DNA from: Bugula neritina
Lineage: Eukaryota; Animalia; Bryozoa
Length of the DNA stretch: 64,000 bases
Direction of reading: 5' to 3'
Assembly: GCA_964035545.1 (NCBI GenBank)
Contig: OZ037767.1
Coordinates: forward strand, 631,680-695,679
Position numbers and translations under genes: made by a program. This document shows, in pieces, positions 51,675-64,000 of the stretch (position 1 is the first letter of the stretch; every line of letters starts with the position of its first letter). Below the pieces are notes generated by a model. The model was not told the origin of the DNA. It worked only from the letters and a program-made list of their open reading frames with translations, and searched no databases.

Positions 51675-54545
51675 ACCCTTCTGTCTGTTATATTTGCTCA
51701 TCTCTACAATATCTTTAGCAAGAATATTATGTAAACTTCTTTAATGAGGCATTTTTACCCTAAAGTCTGTAACTGATACCTAAACAGGTGAAACAGTTGT
51801 TTGTGCATGAATATATAAAATATATTATTTTTAACATGTTTATATTTCTTTATTTCATGCCATATTTTCTATTGAATATTTTAGTTTTTATTTACAAGTC
51901 TTGTATTTTTGAACTATTTACTTTTTTGTATAATGCATAATATTAAATGAAATGTTTTTAGTGACCTGCCTTGTCATCAATTTTTTCAAAACTTTAATTT
52001 CAAATCTCGGCCTAAATTTTTTTTTATGTTTCAAGTGTTTGGAATTTTGTGCCAAAATAAATAATAATCTTAAAGACTTCAAACAAATATTTAAAAATTA
52101 ATCTTATTATTAGATCCAGTATAATGATTTAGACGACTGTACCTGCAACTCATGACTCAAAGCTGCCATTTCTCTAAGCTTTTTCTAAATGACTATATAG
52201 CTATAATAACAAGCTTTCTAGAAAAGCTGATCTACCTACCACTATGGAATGATTTGTGTGAATTGGTCTGATATGTTGTAAGTTTTGTTGGCTGTTCATA
52301 GCGCAGCTGCTGGAGACATTCAACTGTGTTTTTGTTGCTGTAGATGTAATAACTATATTATTTGTATTTCTATTTAATTTATATGTGTTATATGAGAAAT
52401 GATTCTCGTACATTCCATCAGAGAAACAGGCTCTTCTATTTTGATTTGCTTTTGTTTAACGGATTAAATGATAACAATGTTTAGACTAAGATGTTTAGAA
52501 CAATTTGTTCTCAATGGTTGTTATTAAATTTGGTAACAAGATTTTTTATTTTCATCTAATGTTTGATATAGGTATTAGTAATATTTTAGTTTATCAAAAG
52601 TTCACAGCAATATTGGCAGCTACATTGCTATGTAAAGAACAGCAGTGGTCTAGTTTAATGCCAGCTTTCTATATTGTAAGGGAAAGTTTTCTAGTCTCCT
52701 GGAAACTTGTTGCGTGAAGTTTATGAGGCCCAACGCACTCTGTCTATACTTTTGTAGCAAAAGCAGCCATTTGCTTTCACAATACTTGCTTAATTTGCAA
52801 AACTTTACACTTTTTAAGACACCAACCTATCATTTGGTGAGATGCTATTAGCGCACAGTATTTCGGCATACATCTACTTAACTCATCAAATAATTTAATA
52901 ATTAGAACTTTCTTTGAAACGTTTTCATATTTCTGTACTTTTTGTATAATTCGTAATTCTATTTCATTTCATCAGTAGCTGAATAGTATGAGTGATCTGC
53001 TCTTTCTAATAATCTTTCTCAAGTATCTCTCCTCGTTTTGACTATTTATATTTTGTAGTAACTTGTGCAGCTTTAAACTAGCTTTTTTAAAAAATAGTTT
53101 TGTAGTTTGAACTTTTTACTTTGTCTTTTTATTATAGACGTTCCTCATTTAGCTACATAATATTTTTTTATAAAATGATGCAAAACCGCTCAAACTGGTT
53201 TAGAGTTGTCTTCTTCCTTTAGTAATTGTAGAGCTTTTCACAAAATAATGAGTTTGACGTTTTAAATAAATGAAATTAAATTTTTTTTTCAAAAAGTTTT
53301 TTTAGTGAATATTTTTCAACAACGCAGTCGTATTAATTATTTGCACAATGTAAATAATATTGTGTTCATGTTGCTAAGAAGTAATATCCGGTCAAGCAAT
53401 ATTTTTTCTAGCCACCGTCAAAGGAATTATAAAAAATTAGTTGAAAGAGTGGATTAATTTGGTTCTAGTGTTTACGTTTGTTTTATGAAAATAAAGCAGA
53501 CGAGTTGAGATATTTATAGATTTTATTCAAATATCAACTTGGGTTTTGCTCTTGCACTTATTCTTAGACTAAAATTAAAAGTTATACTTATACTTATAGG
53601 TTATAGCTACACTTACTCTGACTGTCTTACTCTTAGTCTTATAGACAAACTCTATGAGTAAGAGTAAGACTTAAACTCAGTTAATCATAATTTGATTAAG
53701 CTATTGTCATAAATATAATTTTTGAATTCAAAAAGTAATTATGAATCAATTCTGATTCTGATATGCATGCTACTGACTATTGTGTGTCAACGTGTTGCAC
53801 TTGAAATAATTGTAAAACTAAATCAGTTAATGTAACTAAACGACAGATATGTATATTAATTCTACGCTTTTAATTTTGATTCATTATAATATTAAAAGTA
53901 ACACTAACACTGCTATTATTAGTAGTAATGTTAATTAGTAATTATTTGAAATTAAAACTGGGCATGCAACCATTACTGTTTGTAGTAATTTTTATATAAT
54001 ACTTAAATTAATTTTGCAATTAGATGAGATTTATCTAGTATTTTTTGAAAATTACTGTTTGAACTTAATGCTTTTTGGCATGGACTAAACATTCTTTGGG
54101 CAACATGTTAGTTATGAGTTATAATGATTACAAAGTTGTGCATCTTTCATTTCAAGCATGAATTTTTGGTTTCTTGTTTAAAAGAGTTTATAATTTAAAT
54201 GCTGAAAAATTAATCGTTGTTTACATTTAGCAACTTATTCAATATTTTAAGCATAGCATATTCTAGATTTTGAAAGCTTCAGTTTGCATACGAAATTGAT
54301 GCTTTTGCTTTCTTTGCTTCTATTTGATTCCATTTGCTGTTAACAGACCCGTTCTACTATTTACAATTAGAATGTTTCCAAGTATTTCTTTTTCCAGAAT
54401 CTTCAGACATATATACTGTGCATCTCTAAAACTAAATACTTTCCAGCGATACTTTTTTTAGTAGCAAGATTTTACACATTGATACAGCTACTGCTTTAAA
54501 TGTTTGCTTTATATTATATCCTATCATTATAGTTTCTATCCAGCC

Positions 54546-58330
<3,785 letters not shown>

Positions 58331-60450
58331 ACCCGTCTGTCTGTTATATTTGCTCATCTCTATAATATCTTTAGCAAGAATATTATGTAAACTTCTTTAA
58401 TGAGGCTTTTTTTACCCTAAAATCTGCAACTGATACCTAAACAGGTAAAATAGTAGTGTGTGCATGAATATATGAAATATATAAAATATATTCTTTTTAG
58501 ACATCTTTATATTTTCTTATTTCACTCTATTTTTTTAGCAAATATTTTAGTTTTTACTGATAAGTCTTGCATTTTTGGAGCTATGTTTTACTTTTTGCAT
58601 AATGCATAATATTAGATGAAATATTTTTAGTGACCTGTTTTGTCATCAACTTTTTTTAACACTTTACTTTTAGATCTCGACCCTGAAATTTGTATTATGT
58701 TTTAAGTATTTGGAATTTTATGCCAAAATAAATAATAATCTTAAAGACTTCAAACAAATATTTAAAAATTAATCTTATTATTTGATCCAGTATAATGATT
58801 TAGACCGCTGCACCTGCAACTCATGACTCAAAGCTGCTATTTCTCTAAGCTTTTTCTATATAGTTATAATAACAAGCTTTCTAGAAAAGCTGACCTAAGT
58901 CACCTAATTACCTACCATGCACTAGCGTATGATTTGATTTGGTCTAAAACCTTGCCGTAAGTTAACGTTAGCTGTCTATAGCGGTATTGCTTATAGCTGA
59001 TTTCGCAAAACGAATATATTGTTTATATTTGAACTTAATTTATTTCGTTCACTGGAATTATTACATTATTTTCCACAAGGGAAACAAGTTTTTCTATTTT
59101 GAGCTGTTTTCGTTTGACAGACCAAATGGTCACAATGTTTAGACTAAGAATTTTAGAACAATTTGTTCTCATTGGTGGTTATTAAACTTAAGTTGACATG
59201 CTTTTTTATTTCTATGCAATCTTCATTATATTAATATATGTATATTTTAGTTTATCAAAAGTTTACAGCAATATTGGCAGCTACATTGCTATGTGAAGAA
59301 CAGCAGTGATCTAGTTTAATGTCAGCTTCCTATGTTGTAAGGGAAACTTAACTCCATATTGGTGCAATAGTAAGAGAGGGTAAGCAAAGTGTAAGAAACT
59401 TCAATGACTCATTTTCTAGTCTCCTGAAAACTTGTTGTGTGAAGTTTATGAGGCCCAACCAATAGGAACATCTCCTATGAAAATACTCTTAATTTTTTCA
59501 CAATCCCTGGATATAGAAACTCATTATTTATTTATTTCATTTATTGTTATATAAAAAAGCTGCCTTTTCATCAAATCTCTTGTGCATATATTTTGATTAC
59601 TGTAACTACTGAAGTATACAGCTGCATATTGAATATCAATTTCACCTCATTATAGTTTATTTGTATTGTCAGCGTTCAGCCAATTAAACAAACTACAGTC
59701 TCATCATTGTTGTCTACAAAACCTCACTTCTATTTATTTTCAGCTGTATACCAGGAATCAAATTCAATACACTTATTATTGATTATAATATTGAAGTGTG
59801 TAGAGTCCCATATAGATGGGAACTGTTGCTGTTTATTTTCAACACACCCTCAAGTGATGGTAAGTAGTGACGAACTCTGTCTATAGTTTTGTAGCAAAAG
59901 CAGCCATTTGCTTTTATAATACTTGCTTAATTTGTAAAACTTTACACTTTTTAAGACACAAACCCATCATTTGGTGAGATGCTATTAGCGCACAGAAAAG
60001 TTTTCAAAAGTCGCTAGAAATTTACATCATGGCAGAAAAGCAAACAATTTCATCTTTTGTTAAAAATTGACATCTGTGTTTCATCTACAATTTTGCTGCT
60101 TATTCTACAGAGTGAGGGTTACACGTAAGTTTAAAGTGTGATATATAGATAGTCATAGCATAATTATAGACCGTTATGGCATATGTAGATTGTAGACAGT
60201 TATAGCATGTAGACAGTTATAGCATGTAGACAGTTATAGCATGTAGACAGTTATAGCATGTAGACAGTTATAGCATGTAGACAGTTATAGCATGTAGACA
60301 GCTAAAGCAGACCCAAACTAGTAGCTGAGCATACACATACACATAAGACATTAGCAGGGAAAATGCTTGTTATATACTATCATGTGACTCTGTTACCGTA
60401 TCTTTTCTAACAGGAAGTTGATACCCACAATTCCCTGTACTGCATCTGCC

Positions 60451-63400
60451 ATGTCGGAACAATTCTCCAGAAGTAAAAGCTCTGTGCATCCAATCAGCTC
60501 GCTGCCAGCTAATGAGCAGTTGGCCGCAGACGAGGGGTCAGATGTGGAGTCTATTGATGAACTGCGTAAGTCATGCATCACGGGCTTTCCATGTACCGAT
60601 CTGAGAAATGTGCTCAGATCGATCGTTTTTCCATGAGAGTGTCAGATCGATCTCGCGAAGTTGCCTCCTCTTAAATGAAGGATACTTTAAAATTATAATT
60701 TGTTCACCTATTTGAGTGATTAAAGCTACTACTGTTGAAAACAAGATGGTAGTAGTCTAAAATTTAATCCCAGCTATAAACTATACGCAGCAAAGCTTTC
60801 AGTGTATGGTAATTTGGCCAATTTAAAATAATTAATTTTAATTTTTTAGCTTGACAGCTTATATAAAATTAATGAATGTCTTGCAGATTATTAATAAACT
60901 TACAGGACTGTTAGGCTTAAAATTACAAAGAAAATAGCTAATGAAACTAAGTTTTGATAGTCATTTAAACTCAATTTAAATTTTCCCATTTTTTCACCTT
61001 CTATTGCATATAATTGAGTTTTCTTAATCATTGTACTGAAAGTCAAAGTTTTGGCATCTGAAAAAGTGGCTATCATGATTATTTAATACTTTGTTTAGTA
61101 ATTATCAATAAGTTATCATTTTTATTTGCAGACAACATTGTAGCGCGTAGTCTTTTTCTACTTCTCAGATCGATCTGGCGTCTTTCCATGGTCTTATTGA
61201 CATGAGATCGATCTGAGTTCGAGCTCCACAGACCGACCAGCTCAGATCGACGGAGATCGATCTTTGGCGTCTTTCCATGGATCGATCTCAGTGAGATCGA
61301 TCTGAGATCGGTACATGGAAAGCCGGTGCATATCACTCCTTACTTACTATATTAGTGCAGTGACCTTTAACCCTGTGTATCAGCCCAGAATCTAGACCAA
61401 CTCAGTATGTGGTTGTGATTGCACTGTAGGAGTTAATTATCAGACTATATAAAGAAAGTTAGTCGAATATTAGATTCTGTGATTCTATTTCATACTAGAG
61501 CTATCACGTCATTCAAATAGCGGCAGAATTCCAGTATAATACAAGACTTTTAAAGCTGATGAAATTGCAGTTGAAATTCCTTGTTATTTATTATCCAACA
61601 CTGAGAAATATAGCCTCGAGTATACATTGATGTCTTTGTGGCGTTACAACAGCTGAAGACATCGCACAAGCTGAGGATGACGTAGAGCTCTATGTGCCCA
61701 CCGACACCACCGGGCTGAAAACACATGATGGATATGAGGAAGTGGAGTTCCAACAAAGCAGCTATCTCCCGCCCCCTCAACCTCTGCCTTTCGATCACGT
61801 CAAGGGGACGAAAATGGAGTTCGGAAAGTGAGAAAGTGTAGTCTTTGAAAAGCAAAAAAGTTTTATATATACATTCATTTAGAATTGATTGCTTAATTTA
61901 TGATATTATATTTGCAATCATAGACCAAATAGACCATTATGTTGGCATGTGTTTATATCAACATAAGGTGATCACGTTACGTTACCTATAGCTAGTTATA
62001 ACCACGGAACACTGTACTTGCTATTATGGTTGTAGAGGTGCAGATATTTCTAAAGAAGAGGCTAGACTGGCTTTATTAGAGTTTGTTGCTGGAAACCGTT
62101 GTTTTGGGAAAGGAGCCGCAGAGTCTATGGTGATCTCAACTGTAACGCCAACACATGCGTTACACGTAAGTGGATAACACTCTCTAAGGCAAATGACTGC
62201 TATGACCGATTTGCGAGGAGTTGTTGACCCCTGTGGGGAATGTGTGTCACTAATAGCTAAATCTGCGATTAACAAATGCTTTGAATGTTATTAGTATACC
62301 CTGGAGACGTTCCGGGAGGGTCGCACCACGTCCCGCAAGGAGAGACCATTGCGAGCAGACTCTGTAGCCAACGATCAAACTGATGCAAAACCTCCTAAGC
62401 CGTGGGACATCGAGTGTGTACCAGAGAAGATGTTTGAGAACTACAAGCACAACATGCCAGTACCGCACACCAGTGAAGCTCGAGTGAGTTTAAATATAAC
62501 TTAATTTCTTAACGACAGTCTTAGTTTGTGAGAAGACGCCTTCCTGCTCCCCAACTACGTTTAATTTTTTTGCTTTAGGCTTGTGGTCTATGCAGAGGTG
62601 TGGGGTTTGTCAAGTGTGGAGAGTGCAAAGGTTACAGAAAGGTCAAGTGTTGGGCGTGTAAAGGAGAGGGGGCTATGCGCGGCCACAAAGGGATGCGTTG
62701 TGGAACTTGTGGTAGCACATAAGATGTTATAAAATAGTTGAGATAAACTGTAACTCCATAATTTTACAAAAAACATTTGCATCGTTTAATTTATAACTTT
62801 TGAGCTTACTGGAAATAACAACTAATACAGTTTGTTTATTAAACCTATTTGCTTTGAAGAGGGCAAAGGTCGCCGCAGCTGCAAGACATGTAACAAGAAG
62901 GGAAAAATAGACTGCAGACACTGTACAGGTGTTGGAAAAGTAGAGAACTTCATAGAACTGTGTGTAACTTAGTGAGTTTCATGTCTTCATATACTTTAGT
63001 TGACAACTCAGGCTTTCTTATGAGAGACAAGGGATACTGTGAAGAAACTGTGGCTTATGTTTTCATACCTCCCACAGTAAAACAGCTTGTCATTATATAT
63101 AAACAAACTGCATAACGCTCACTAGAAAGTTCTAAATAATTAATATACGATGTAAATTCTGAGGTATCATTGCAAAACAAAATGAGTAACTCACATTGAC
63201 TTATGGTTGTTAACATAATATAAATTATCTACAAAAACTCATTTTGTAACAGTTGAAGCAACACTTTGAAAATATTAATAATTAAAAACTAAAATACTTT
63301 CAGCACAAATGACTCATCGGACTTTATTTTGGAAGAAACGGACATGCCGGATCACCTGGTGCGAGACGTATCAGGGGTGGAGCTGTTTCAGCAGGTGTTA

Positions 63401-64000
63401 CCTAAAGTGAGACTCAAATACCTTGTCAACTCTAATTTTAGTTTGTAACATGTTTCTGTGTACATATGATATGCTGAAACTCTTCTTCTCAACCCATAGT
63501 TCATTACATCACATGTCCTGCGCTATAACATACGGACAGGAAACTAATGTTACAGGTTGAGCCAATCACAACCTTCTCAGTTCATCACATTAATGAGAAT
63601 TCCATAAGAATGGTTGAGGAGTCGAGAGTTGCTTCCCCTAAAGAGAGACAAATTAGTCAGGTACACAAGTATATCTATAATATCTTATGAGAGAGTTTGT
63701 ACATTGTACTACAATCTGTCCTGCAGCATGAGTGCAATACAGCAATTTATCTGAGTGTACTACAACATTACCTGTACGTATTATAACTTTACCTGTACGT
63801 AATATAACGTTACCTGTACGTAATATAACGTTACCTGTACGTAATATAACGTTACCTGTACGTAATATAACGTTACCTGTACGTAATATAACGTTACCTG
63901 TACGTAATATAACGTTACCTGTACATAATATCACTTCACTTGTCTTTCAGAGACAAACACTCAGAGCTGTCCCCGTGTCAGAAGTCGCTTATAACTTCAA
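60451..64000 (+). CDS. SSUH2: SSUH2-like protein, divergent copy 3 (3' end beyond the window)
   Basis: Exons 60451-60565, 61653-61827, 62036-62165, 62295-62483, 62579-62711, 62860-62971, 63304-63406, 63556-63660, 63951->64000. Same intron phases and mostly the same exon lengths as copies 1/2. Motifs ISKEEARLALLEFVAGNRCFG, YTLETFREGR, PPKPWDI, PVPHT, CxxCxGxG. Confidence 0.88.
60579..61328. mobile_element. Non-autonomous CACTA/CMC (EnSpm-like) element in intron 1 of SSUH2 copy 3
   Basis: TIR CAC(G/C)GGCTTTCCATGTACCGATCT at both ends, 3-bp TSD cat/cat, multiple subterminal AGATCGATCT and TTTCCATG repeats; 750 bp. Confidence 0.8.
63765..63930 (+). repeat. Intronic minisatellite, 21-bp unit ACGTTACCTGTACGTAATATA x~8
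   Basis: Direct reading; last intron of SSUH2 copy 3. Confidence 0.9.

Overview
AT-rich animal (invertebrate) genomic DNA with spliceosomal GT-AG introns, annotated by hand without alignments or database searches. 1-44806 holds the 3' part of a giant nesprin-1/SYNE1-like spectrin-repeat gene on the + strand (about 58 exons, roughly 4500 aa in the window). Its traceable reading frame ends without a KASH domain. One 12.9-kb intron (9668-22537) carries three small antisense multi-exon genes of unrecognised family (two are paralogs), a degenerate tRNA-like element and four non-autonomous DNA transposons. About 45.9-64 kb is a tandem cluster of three SSUH2-like genes (CxxCxGxG zinc-binding repeats; C-terminal CaaX in the two complete copies). 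Two of these come from a recent ~7-kb duplication; the third is divergent and has a CACTA-like element in intron 1. The most striking feature is that about 25 introns each carry their own minisatellite (17-45 bp unit), often built from the splice junction itself. This creates arrays of decoy donors or acceptors, and one intron is a ~42-nt intron repeated 19 times.
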